DNA of 64,000 nt from an uncultured Gammaproteobacteria bacterium. GTDB lineage: Bacteria; Patescibacteriota; Patescibacteriia; Magasanikbacterales; GWA2-37-8. Below, in pieces: positions 8,986 to 18,461 of this stretch (the first letter of the stretch is position 1; each line of letters opens with the position of its first letter). A program made the translations under genes and the position numbers. The stretch is from NCBI GenBank assembly GCA_964540825.1, contig CAZINT010000003.1:83250-147249 (forward strand). The letters are read 5' to 3'. Under the pieces are notes generated by a model. That model did no database searches and was not told where the DNA came from. It worked only from the letters and a program-made list of their open reading frames with translations.

Positions 8986-10941
8986 ATGAAGCTCGATACT
9001 TTTTTTACGTGGTTTAAAAAAAATAGCCAACGCAAACAAGCCAAGGCTCATTTAGACCACAAATTACTAGGGGCTGTAAATCGCCGTTCCCTCCCCTCGT
9101 TTTCCCAACTCAAGTACGTTGGCCGTTTTTTAGAACCAAAAGAAAAGAAAATTATTGCGATCCTGGGAATAATTTGCGCTGCTGCTGCCCTTGGTCTTGG
9201 GGTCGTATTTTTGTTCACGCACTTTACACCGGTTGCTCGGCAGGGTGGCGACTATAGCGAAGCAATGGTAGGACAGCCTAAATTTATAAATCCCATTTAC
9301 GCCAGTGCAAGCGATATTGACAGCGACCTCAGCGCGCTTACCTACAGCGGCCTGTTTCACTATGTCGGCGGGGAACTTCAGCCTGATCTTGCTGCCTCAT
9401 CGACTTTAAGCCAGGACAAAAAAGTCTATACTATCACCCTTAAGCCAAATATCACCTGGTCAGACGGCGAACCATTCACCGCTGACGATGTTGTCTACAC
9501 CTTTGAAACAATTCAAAATCCCGAAGCCAGCAGCCCGCTCTTGCCCGCTTTCCAAGGAGTACAGATTGAAAAAGTTGACCCCGCTACGGTTCGCTTCACG
9601 CTCAAAGAATCTTTTGCTCCATTTTTAAACAGTCTTACTGTCGGAATTATTCCTGAGCATATTTGGGGAACTATTTCACCGCTCAACCTGAAAGTTACCC
9701 CGCTTAACCTCAAACCGATCGGCACCGGCCCTTGGAAATTCAAAACCCTTATCAAAGACGATTCCGGGACTATTCAGAGCTATGTTTTGTCACCGAACGA
9801 TTTGTATTATGGTAAAAAGCCGTATCTTCAAACCGTTACTTTCAAGTTTTTTGCCGATCCAAATGAAGCAATCAATGCTGTGCAAAACCAATCAGTCTCT
9901 GCAATTAGTTTTGTTCCCAGCAAATCGCAGGACAAACTCAGCAGCAAGAACCTCGTCAGTCATCCGCTTGTTTTACCCCAATATACTGCACTCTTTTTTA
10001 ATCAAGAACGCAGCAACGTCTTGAAAGACGGGGATGTCCGAAAAGCCCTCGCACTCGCTATTAACAAACAAAATATTGTTAACACCGCACTTGATGGAGC
10101 CGGAGAAGTGCTTGACTCCCCGCTACTACCTGGTAGTATTGGCTACTACCCTGATATCAAAAAAGTCGGTTTTGACGTCGACGCGGCCAATGCGCTTCTT
10201 GATAAAAAATGGACACGCATTCAACCTGAAGAATACTTTGCGCTTCGGCGAGCGGCTTTACTTAAAGAAGCCCAGCCTCAAATCGATGCAGCGATCAAAA
10301 GCCCTGCCGAAGGCACCACCGCTTCAAGTACGATCGCTCTTATCGAGCAACAAGTGACTGAAAATGCCCGCGCCGAAATGTCGGCCGACCAAACATTCTA
10401 TCGCAAAGCCAAAGATGGCACACCGCTTACTATTGGCATCACGTTTGTCGAAACGAAAGAATATCAAAAAACAGCTGAACTCTTGGCTAACGACTGGAAA
10501 GCGCTAGGCATTAAAACAACTTTTAACGAAGTGAGCAGCCGCACTATCAGTAAAGACGTATTCAAAAACCGTTCGTTTGATATTCTCCTCTACGGTGAAA
10601 TTATTGGCGGCGACCCTGATCTATTCCCCTTCTGGCATTCTTCACAAACCAGTTACCCCGGCCTCAATCTCGCTCAATTTTCTGACCGCACAGCCGACAA
10701 GCTCCTTGAAGAAGCTCGGGCTACTACCGATACGAGCGCCCGTGACGGCCTCTATAAAAAATTCCAAGATATTTTGGCCGATCAACTGCCGGCAATATTC
10801 CTCTTTACGCCAAATTATAATTTCTTTGTTAACAAAAATATTAAAGGCATAACCGCCAACCGCATTGTCGCTCCCAGCGATCGCTATGCGTCCTTGAGCG
10901 ACTGGTATGTAAAGACAACCTGGAAATGGAAAACTGAATAG
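8986..10941 (+). CDS. Peptide ABC transporter substrate-binding protein (family 5), membrane anchored
   Basis: WSDGEPFTADDVVYT, PIGTGPW and DVRKALALAIN motifs. ATG 8986 is preferred. Confidence 0.9.
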   Translation: MKLDTFFTWFKKNSQRKQAKAHLDHKLLGAVNRRSLPSFSQLKYVGRFLEPKEKKIIAILGIICAAAALGLGVVFLFTHFTPVARQGGDYSEAMVGQPKFINPIYASASDIDSDLSALTYSGLFHYVGGELQPDLAASSTLSQDKKVYTITLKPNITWSDGEPFTADDVVYTFETIQNPEASSPLLPAFQGVQIEKVDPATVRFTLKESFAPFLNSLTVGIIPEHIWGTISPLNLKVTPLNLKPIGTGPWKFKTLIKDDSGTIQSYVLSPNDLYYGKKPYLQTVTFKFFADPNEAINAVQNQSVSAISFVPSKSQDKLSSKNLVSHPLVLPQYTALFFNQERSNVLKDGDVRKALALAINKQNIVNTALDGAGEVLDSPLLPGSIGYYPDIKKVGFDVDAANALLDKKWTRIQPEEYFALRRAALLKEAQPQIDAAIKSPAEGTTASSTIALIEQQVTENARAEMSADQTFYRKAKDGTPLTIGITFVETKEYQKTAELLANDWKALGIKTTFNEVSSRTISKDVFKNRSFDILLYGEIIGGDPDLFPFWHSSQTSYPGLNLAQFSDRTADKLLEEARATTDTSARDGLYKKFQDILADQLPAIFLFTPNYNFFVNKNIKGITANRIVAPSDRYASLSDWYVKTTWKWKTE

Positions 10942-10951
10942 AATCGGTCTT

Positions 10952-11033
10952 GCGGACGTGGCGGAACTGGTATACGCGTACGTCTCAGAAGCGTATGGAG
11001 CAATCCTTGGGGGTTCGAGTCCCCCCGTCCGCA
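10952..11033 (+). tRNA. tRNA-Leu(CAG)
   Basis: GCGGACG/CGTCCGC acceptor stem, anticodon arm TACGT-ctCAGaa-GCGTA, long variable arm and GGTTCGAGT T-loop. No encoded CCA. Confidence 0.95.
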
Positions 11034-11187
11034 CAACACTGAATTAACAATGAACACAGAGCAAGTAACCACTCACTTGTTAGTTGTTTATTGCTCATTG
11101 TTAATTTAAAAGTTTTTCTTCTTAATTTTATTTTTTGAATTACAGAATCTTCATTCTCTAATTTGAGCTAAGCATTACGTCTATCGT

Positions 11188-13203
11188 ATGAACCCAACAC
11201 CACACACCCCGCTCTCCCCGCTTGATCTTGGGAAGCCAGCCCACCAACCACGCCCCCCAGCCAAACCTCGTGCAGCCGGTACGTTTAACCAGCCCAGCCG
11301 CCCGGCTCCACGGCCCTTTGCCCAAAAGCCAGCGCAGGCCCAAACACCGCGCAGCAATTTTGGCGTACCCGCCTACGCTAAAAAGGCGCCGCTAGCACAC
11401 CCAGCACCGACCCCAAAGCCGGTGAGTGCAAAACCTTACCCGCCTACCTTTCAACCACGCAATCGCTTCACGACCCCACAATCACCTAAAACCCCGGTTG
11501 TACCGATGACGTTTAAACCTACAACTATCGGCAGCGGTGCCGGCACGCTGCGCATTATTCCTGTTGGGGGCTGTGAAGAAGTCGGCCGCAACATGACCAT
11601 TTTCGAATATGGCGATGATATTCTTATCCTCGACATGGGCGTACAGTTCCCGGAAGAAGACATGCCGGGCATCGACTATGTTATTCCCAATACTAAATAC
11701 TTAGTCGGTAAAGAAAAAAATATTCGCGGCGTTATTTTTAGCCACGGCCACCTTGACCATATTGGCGCTGCTCCGATTCTCCTTGAGAAACTCGGCAATC
11801 CGCCAATCATTGCCATGCCGCTCACGATCGCGATGATCAAACACCGCCAGGAAGATTACAAAAAAGATACCGGTGCGAAACTGCGCACTATTCCGGTCAA
11901 AACAATTAACGACGTCATTAAGCTCGGCGCCTTTACCGTTAAATTTTTCCAGGTTGAACATTCCATCATGGACTCGATGGGTACGATTCTCGAAACCCCG
12001 GCTGGTACTGCGATTCACGCAGGCGACTGGACTATGGAGCGCGAAGAAGATGGTTCGACCCACATTCGCTACGAACAATTGCAGAATGTAAAACGCCCGA
12101 GCGTTCTCATGCTGGAGAGCCTTGGCTCCATTCGCGAAGGCCGCCACGCTACCCACGAAGAGTTGTACAGCAACTTAAGTGAAATCCTCGAAAACGCTCC
12201 TGGCCGCGTGATTCTGGCTACGTTCTCGTCCATGGTCGAGCGCGTTAAATGGGTGCTCGAAGCCGCTCAAAAACTCAACAAGTTTGTTGCCCTCGCCGGG
12301 TACAGTATGAAAATGAATATCGAAATCGCGCGCGAGCTTGGCTATATCAAAGTCGGCAAAGGCGTGCAGATTGACATTCGAGATATTGGAAAATACCCGG
12401 ACGATAAAGTCGTGCTCGTTTGTACCGGTGCGCAAGGCGAAGAAAACGCTGCGCTCAACCGTATCGCCAGCGGCGAACACAAAGATATCAAATTCCAAAA
12501 GAATGATACGGTTATTTTCTCGTCATCGGTTATTCCCGGCAACGAACGCACGGTCCAGCGCCTTAAAGATAATATTTATCGCCAAGTCGATAACGTTATT
12601 CATGGCGACCTTATGGATGTGCACGTTTCCGGTCACGGCACGCGCCGCGACATTGTCGACATGATCAACCAGGTACGCCCGGACTTTTACGTTCCGGTCT
12701 ACGCCAACCACTTCTTCCTCAAAGAAGCCCGTAATTTAGCCATCAAAAACGGCTACCCGGCTGACCGTATTTTCGTCCCCGACAACGGCACGGTGATGGA
12801 ACTCGCGGCTGGTAAAATTAAAGTACTGCCAAAAAAGATTCCGACTGAATATGTGTTCGTTGATGGGCTCGGCGTTTCTGACTCGCAGCACGTCGTCCTG
12901 CGCGATCGTCAGGTACTGGCCGAAGATGGTATGGTGGTTATTATCGCCACCATCGATACCAAGAGCGGCAAACTCATTCAGAATCCGGATATTATTTCGC
13001 GCGGTTTCGTCTTCCTCAAAGACCACAAAGATTTGATCGAAGATTTGCGCCACCGTGTGAAGAAAATGGTCGTTGAATCTGACCCCTTATCATGGGCCGA
13101 CACCAATACCATTCGCAACAAGATTCGTGATTACGTTGGTCAATTCTTGTTTACCAAAACCGAGAAGCGCCCGATGATTCTTCCGGTCGTAATTGAAGTC
13201 TAA
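11188..13203 (+). CDS. rnj: Ribonuclease J with Pro-rich N-terminal extension
   Basis: GGCEEVGRNM, SHGHLDHIG, HVSGHG and RPMILPVVIEV motifs. Confidence 0.96.
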   Translation: MNPTPHTPLSPLDLGKPAHQPRPPAKPRAAGTFNQPSRPAPRPFAQKPAQAQTPRSNFGVPAYAKKAPLAHPAPTPKPVSAKPYPPTFQPRNRFTTPQSPKTPVVPMTFKPTTIGSGAGTLRIIPVGGCEEVGRNMTIFEYGDDILILDMGVQFPEEDMPGIDYVIPNTKYLVGKEKNIRGVIFSHGHLDHIGAAPILLEKLGNPPIIAMPLTIAMIKHRQEDYKKDTGAKLRTIPVKTINDVIKLGAFTVKFFQVEHSIMDSMGTILETPAGTAIHAGDWTMEREEDGSTHIRYEQLQNVKRPSVLMLESLGSIREGRHATHEELYSNLSEILENAPGRVILATFSSMVERVKWVLEAAQKLNKFVALAGYSMKMNIEIARELGYIKVGKGVQIDIRDIGKYPDDKVVLVCTGAQGEENAALNRIASGEHKDIKFQKNDTVIFSSSVIPGNERTVQRLKDNIYRQVDNVIHGDLMDVHVSGHGTRRDIVDMINQVRPDFYVPVYANHFFLKEARNLAIKNGYPADRIFVPDNGTVMELAAGKIKVLPKKIPTEYVFVDGLGVSDSQHVVLRDRQVLAEDGMVVIIATIDTKSGKLIQNPDIISRGFVFLKDHKDLIEDLRHRVKKMVVESDPLSWADTNTIRNKIRDYVGQFLFTKTEKRPMILPVVIEV

Positions 13204-13352
13204 CGGTTTTCCACAAAAAACTTGGCTAAATGAGCCAAGTTTTTTTGTTTTTTGCATATTTTTTCCCCACACGAAAAGCATTGTTGACAGTTCAAAAATA
13301 TGCTATAGTGGCGGCATTGTGCAAAATATTTTTACTGGTACGGACAGCTATC

Positions 13353-13475
13353 TTGACAAAACACCAATTTTGTGCTAGCGTTACTATCTGCTCTTTATAT
13401 GTGTCGGGTGTGACAGTTGTAAAATAATTTTTATTTTCCAGCTATCACACTCAACACAAACTTTTTTACTGGAGG
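13353..13475 (+). promoter_or_regulatory. Promoter, leader hairpin and SD of ORF 13481
   Basis: CTTGACAAAACACCAATTTTGTGCTAGCGT closely matches the 2737 promoter. Hairpin at 13408-13450 and GGAGG at 13471-13475. Confidence 0.75.
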
Positions 13476-13480
13476 CCGTC

Positions 13481-13831
13481 ATGGCAGGTCATCGCTATAC
13501 TCGGGGCTTCCGTTTGAGCGAGCCCCTCATGAACGTGGTGCTCGATGCGCACCACCTCTTGAACGGAACGACTGAGGTGTTTCGCACCCACATGGACCGC
13601 GTTCTTGAAGCGCTGCGGGAAGGCCATCTTCACGAAGTTGATTACTTCGTGAACCAGGCGGTTGACGTGCTCAGCCAGGTTGGCCACGAGCTGTCCGATG
13701 AGCACAAGACAGAGATCGCGAACTTCGCGAACTTGGTTCGTAGCCGCGCCAAGGCCCTCGCTGCCGAGATCGAGAGCGATCTCACTGCCGAGCACCGGCC
13801 CGAACCCCTTTCTTACTACGCCCACGACTGA
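13481..13831 (+). CDS. SD-led GC-rich orphan helical protein
   Basis: GC-rich codons and an SD. Followed by a GGTCACCGG/CCGGTGACC hairpin (13841-13877) and a terminator. Confidence 0.75.
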   Translation: MAGHRYTRGFRLSEPLMNVVLDAHHLLNGTTEVFRTHMDRVLEALREGHLHEVDYFVNQAVDVLSQVGHELSDEHKTEIANFANLVRSRAKALAAEIESDLTAEHRPEPLSYYAHD

Positions 13832-13994
13832 CCCGCCCCAGGTCACCGGCCGAGCCTCATCAACTCGCCCGGTGACCGTCCTCTCAACTTTCAACAGACT
13901 TAATAGGTCTTTTTTTATTTAATAAACAAGGCTCAGGCTTGACTTTTTTCCCCAAAAAATATATTATAGTCACGTTCAATTTGAACACGATAAC

Positions 13995-14066
13995 GGCCCC
14001 ATCGTCTATCGGTTAGGACATTGCCCTTTCAAGGCGAAAAGACGGGTTCGACTCCCGTTGGGGCTA
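13995..14066 (+). tRNA. tRNA-Glu(TTC)
   Basis: GGCCCCA/TGGGGCT acceptor stem, TTGCC-ctTTCaa-GGCGA anticodon arm and GGTTCGACT T-loop. Confidence 0.95.
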
Positions 14067-14162
14067 CAGAATTAAAAACAGCTTGTTTAAGCTGTTTTTA
14101 TTTACATCAATTCGATTTGAATGGTAGACTATTCTTGATCCAATCATCCTTAAAAAACTTCT

Positions 14163-14795
14163 ATGGAACCCCAAGATATCACCCGGCATACCCTGGAGGC
14201 TTATGAAAGAAAGGCGGATAAGAAATTTTTTCCCGCTGCTGAAACTTCGGCACCGGCACACGACTTGGCCACAGAACTTAAATTACGTTTTTTAGAATCA
14301 ACTCGTAAATCACTCTCTTTTTATAGCGGCACCTTTAGCGAGGAAGAAATAAGAGATATTACCCGACAGGAAAAGGATATGCTGAGTATTGAAATATACG
14401 ACAGTCATGATTTAGCACAAAGCCGATTAAGAGATTTTGGCTATTCAAAAGCAGCGGAACAAATCTTACCTGATGAGACATTGCTTGTGATCCATCTGTC
14501 TGAACCGATGAGAGAAAAATTTCCAGAAGAACCAGGGCTTGACCTCTCCCATCAACAAAAGGTGTGGAAAGAAATTTATGAACAAACGATACCGCAACTT
14601 TGGAGATTGCGCGACACCTTTGCGGATCAGTTTGGTGTTCATATTGAACGAATAAACCCTGTGGCCACGCATGATCCAAACAATTATTACTATTTATGGG
14701 TTGTTTCACCGGCTGGACGCAAACCCATAGAGGTATGGAGCGTCTCAGACTCTGAACACGGAGGAAACAATGCTCATTCGCGGACCGCCGAATAA
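14163..14795 (+). CDS. Hypothetical acidic protein
   Basis: 210-aa ORF with core-like or lower GC and no SD. Followed by a long bulged hairpin at about 14815-14880. Confidence 0.65.
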   Translation: MEPQDITRHTLEAYERKADKKFFPAAETSAPAHDLATELKLRFLESTRKSLSFYSGTFSEEEIRDITRQEKDMLSIEIYDSHDLAQSRLRDFGYSKAAEQILPDETLLVIHLSEPMREKFPEEPGLDLSHQQKVWKEIYEQTIPQLWRLRDTFADQFGVHIERINPVATHDPNNYYYLWVVSPAGRKPIEVWSVSDSEHGGNNAHSRTAE

Positions 14796-14966
14796 AGTAG
14801 GCGGCGCGACAAAGAACGACTCGCACCCCTACCTTAGTTTCTTAAATAGAGACTGAGGCAGGAGTTAAACCGCGAGTTGTTTTTTATTTCACAAATAGAC
14901 CAAAATGCAATTGAATTATTGTTACAATAAAAATATTTTGTTATTCTTATAGAGCTATTTTGTACT

Positions 14967-15812
14967 ATGCAAATAAATTATAACGGACGCAGAGGGGTTC
15001 TAGCCACCATGCATGAAAAAGAAAAAGTTATTGGTCCTGTTTTACAGCAAGAACTTGGTCTGGCTATTTTTGTTCCGGAAAAATTTAATACGGATGTCTT
15101 TGGCACTTTTACCCGCGATATCAAACGAGCCGGAGACCAGCTGGAAGCAGCGCGCGCCAAAGCGATCGCCGCCATGCACGCAACCGGCGCGACTATTGGC
15201 ATTGCCAGCGAAGGCAGTTTTGGCGAACACCCGGCAAGTGCGCTGATACCATACAACACCGAGATAGTTATGTTTATCGACAAAGAACGTGAGCTTGAAG
15301 TGATCGGTCGCCACGCTTCTTCTACAACCAACCTGAATCAACGATACGTTCGATCGTGGGAAGCGGCAGCGGCATTTGCTCGCGAAGTTGATTTTCCTAC
15401 GCACGGCGTTATCGTCCGTAAAAATGAAAAAGATACTCGCTCGATGGTCAAAGGAATCACTGATTGGAATGTGCTCGAAAAAGAAGTAAAAAAATTATTA
15501 TCGAAATTTTTTGTCAGGAAAATCTTTTTAGAAACCGACATGCGAGCGCTCCATAACCCAACACGCATGGAGCATATCAGGCTTGCGGCACTTGATCTCG
15601 CCAAGCGGCTAAAAACACCTTGCCCGAAGTGCAGGAAACCAGGCTTTGGGTACAGTGGCACAAAAGGCGGGCTGCGCTGCGAACTGTGCGGTTCACCAAC
15701 CGACACAACCAGCGCCACACTATTTACCTGCCCGTCATGTGCACATACACAAGAAGAACTCGTGCCCGAACGTGCTGCCCCGGCTATGGAGTGTGCGAAG
15801 TGTAATCCTTGA
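14967..15812 (+). CDS. DUF6671-like protein with C-terminal Cys motifs
   Basis: LATMHEKEKVI, FNTDVFGTF, ASEGSFGEHP, ETDMRALHNPTRM, CPKCRKPGFG and terminal CAKCNP. Confidence 0.75.
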   Translation: MQINYNGRRGVLATMHEKEKVIGPVLQQELGLAIFVPEKFNTDVFGTFTRDIKRAGDQLEAARAKAIAAMHATGATIGIASEGSFGEHPASALIPYNTEIVMFIDKERELEVIGRHASSTTNLNQRYVRSWEAAAAFAREVDFPTHGVIVRKNEKDTRSMVKGITDWNVLEKEVKKLLSKFFVRKIFLETDMRALHNPTRMEHIRLAALDLAKRLKTPCPKCRKPGFGYSGTKGGLRCELCGSPTDTTSATLFTCPSCAHTQEELVPERAAPAMECAKCNP

Positions 15813-15936
15813 AGCAATAGGCCGCTTTAAATAGCAATTTTAATTGTTTTTGTTCAAACAAAAATTATCCACTCCACCTAATTTGACACGAACTTTTACC
15901 AGGTATACTATGTGTATATGAGTATATTTGTGTAAT

Positions 15937-16590
15937 ATGTCTAACATCACACCAAAACAACAAAAAGTCCTTGATGTCCTGCGAACCTATATCGCGCGGC
16001 ATAAACAGGGGCCAACTATTCGAGAACTGCAGGAACAGCTGCAGCGCTCCGGCCTTAAGGCGAGCAGCTCGCGCTCGGTCACCCAATATTTGGACCAGCT
16101 GGGGAGCAACGGCTTTATACGCCGCACCGGGCAGGATCGGGGCATCACCATCGTGGAACGTGCTGCAGCCGATAACTTAGTCCGCATACCCATCCTCGGC
16201 ACGGCCAACGCCGGTCAGCCGGTCGCTTTTGCCGAAACTGATTACCAAGGATACTTGCCGGTATCCAAAAAGCTTATCAAGAATACCGGACAGTCACTGT
16301 TCGCCGTAAAGATTTTTGGAACGAGTATGAACCTCGAAAAAGTCGAAGGTGGAAATTTGGAAAATGGTGACTACGCCATTGTTGATAGCAGCAAAAAAAG
16401 CAAACAAAACAACAAGCCCTTTCTGTTTACCGTCGAAGACTGCGCCACCATCAAATCCCTCCGCCAAGAAGGAGATGAAGTTACCCTACTGCCCAATTCG
16501 AGCGAAGAACACGAACCGATCTATTTACACAAAGATGACAACGTCCAAATTCTAGGACAAGTCGTACGAGTATTTAAGAGAAAAAAATAA
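15937..16590 (+). CDS. lexA: LexA-family repressor / S24 peptidase
   Basis: N-terminal wHTH (TPKQQKVL, PTIREL), Ala-Gly cleavage site (ANAGQP), catalytic Ser (GTSM) and Lys (TIK). Confidence 0.8.
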   Translation: MSNITPKQQKVLDVLRTYIARHKQGPTIRELQEQLQRSGLKASSSRSVTQYLDQLGSNGFIRRTGQDRGITIVERAAADNLVRIPILGTANAGQPVAFAETDYQGYLPVSKKLIKNTGQSLFAVKIFGTSMNLEKVEGGNLENGDYAIVDSSKKSKQNNKPFLFTVEDCATIKSLRQEGDEVTLLPNSSEEHEPIYLHKDDNVQILGQVVRVFKRKK

Positions 16591-16700
16591 ACGCAGGGTG
16601 CTTTGCCGGCGAACCTGCGTCTATCTGCTAAGAAGATTGGTCTTTCGACCAAGCATCTCTTTTTTTAACCCTAACATATTAATTTTTTAATGTAAAGCAT

Positions 16701-16937
16701 ATGCTACAGCAACCATACATGGTGAAACGGGCTAACGGATGGATGGTACTTGGAAAAGGTACCTCCCAGAATCTCGTTCGAACAAGAGCACAGCACAAAC
16801 GACTACAATCACTCGGAAAATTAGTATCCGCCACAGGGCAAGGTTTGCTGTTCAAGGTTGAAAAGATTGGATTACCGATTCAATTCCGTCTCGCTATGGC
16901 CCAAAGACTTCACAAGCTCGGAAATTTCAATGCTTAA
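16701..16937 (+). pseudogene. Possible decayed DUF2188-like gene
   Basis: N-terminus VKRANGWMVLGKG, plus an alternate frame ITRKISIRHRARFAVQG*KDWITDSIPSRYG, resembles DUF2188 from memory. This needs a frameshift and a stop. Confidence 0.35.
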
Positions 16938-17261
16938 TATCTTTGTTACGTATTTCTATGCATTATGCGTTTCGCCAATAAAAAAGACGCATGACTGTTT
17001 ACATCACTGCGTCTTTCCTGCGAGTAGGTACTACTCAGCGTGATAATTGGTAGTATAGCAGGTTCTGACTGATTAAACAAATAGACGAAGAGGGATAAAG
17101 ACAATGCTTGTCTTTTTATCAGTAGCATCTTTCAACAGAACAGCCTCCTCTGCACCAGGGGGTTGTTTTTTAAACACCCCCTTTACCATTTGACTTTTTA
17201 AAAAAATATGATAGTATCAACTGTTTCCTGAATTCCCGGGAAACGTTAACAAGGAGGAACC

Positions 17262-18269
17262 TTGGAACCCAAAGAACAGGCCTTTCAGCTCCATCGGCGT
17301 CTTGATACCGTGCGTGGAGGAAGCGACCCGGAGTCCCGGGCCGACATCTTCCTCAGCGTCCTTGCCTCGGAAAATCTCGCTCTCATCCGGCGACTCCCCG
17401 AGCTCTGCCCGCTGTCGCCGGACGAACAATCCCTCGTGGTCGGCTGGGCTGAACAGGCCGCAGCCAGCGAGGAAGTGAGCCGGCGGGACTTCGTGTTCCA
17501 CCTACTCATCAACTGCGAGATTGAGCCGACGCTCATCCTGACGCTCCTCGAGTCGCACCAGACCTTCAGCAAAAGCGTGCTCAGCCGAATCGAAGCGACG
17601 CTTCTCACGGGAGAAGGCTCGGTCCAAGAGCGGGCTGTGACCCTGCTCAAAGAGAGCGCGGAAGAATTGCTCGGCTCGAGCGATATCAAGAAGCGCGATC
17701 GCGGCAAGCACATGCTCATCACGAGCGCCGGTGCGAGCAGCGACTGGCAGGCGCTCGCCAAGCGCCTTAGCACCAGCGACATCATCGATCTGCGTCAGCA
17801 CGTGCTTGAACGCTTTCTTGATGAATGCCGCGACATGGCGTCGGTGAACCTTTTCGCTGCGAATGTTGCCACGTGGTGTCTCGGGCAGCTGGAACGCTTC
17901 AGAAAGTGCGATCGGCAGGAGGCAACCTGGGCACACTGGGTAGTCACCTGCTACGAACACGTAGGCGATGAAGCAAAGCTCAAGAGCGCGGCGCGAGCGA
18001 TCACCAATCACTTCGGCAGGCAATTGCCGCAGTCGCTGAGCTTCCGCACGAGCAAGTACCTGCCACAGTCCAAACCGGTTAGCCAGACAAACTTTTCGTG
18101 GGAACTGCCACGAAACACTACCGCTTCCGAAAACGAGCCGACGCCCGAGTCGGTTGACGAAGCACTCCGAAACGACTGGGCCATTAGCAAAGACAACGGC
18201 AGGCAAGTCGTTCTGACGAAAACGGGAGAGAACGGCAAGCGTCGTTCCATCACCCTCTACAGGAGCTAA
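17262..18269 (+). CDS. SD-led GC-rich orphan helical protein
   Basis: AAGGAGG at 17251-17257 before a TTG start. Promoter TTGACT 17190 / TAGTAT 17212 and leader hairpin 17223-17244. Confidence 0.75.
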   Translation: MEPKEQAFQLHRRLDTVRGGSDPESRADIFLSVLASENLALIRRLPELCPLSPDEQSLVVGWAEQAAASEEVSRRDFVFHLLINCEIEPTLILTLLESHQTFSKSVLSRIEATLLTGEGSVQERAVTLLKESAEELLGSSDIKKRDRGKHMLITSAGASSDWQALAKRLSTSDIIDLRQHVLERFLDECRDMASVNLFAANVATWCLGQLERFRKCDRQEATWAHWVVTCYEHVGDEAKLKSAARAITNHFGRQLPQSLSFRTSKYLPQSKPVSQTNFSWELPRNTTASENEPTPESVDEALRNDWAISKDNGRQVVLTKTGENGKRRSITLYRS

Positions 18270-18461
18270 ACGGCAAACACAAAAAATCGAACTTTAGTCC
18301 TGATATTTTGAAGACGTAATAAAACGATTTTAAAGTTAGACTTGAGATCGATGACCGAAGAACTCGCTGATTCGTTAATCAGCAATTCCTCAAATTTCTA
18401 AATACGTTTGGAGATTTTGAGAAATTTTACTAAAAAGACTCTGCTCGCTGCAGCGTCTTTT

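Noticed and set aside
10642-11072. ORFs antisense to tRNA-Leu (and 14021-14206 over tRNA-Glu)
   Set aside because: They overlap clear tRNA genes and are spurious.
13481-18269. Prophage or island integrated at tRNA-Glu
   Set aside because: No integrase, phage structural genes or duplicated tRNA 3' end were seen.
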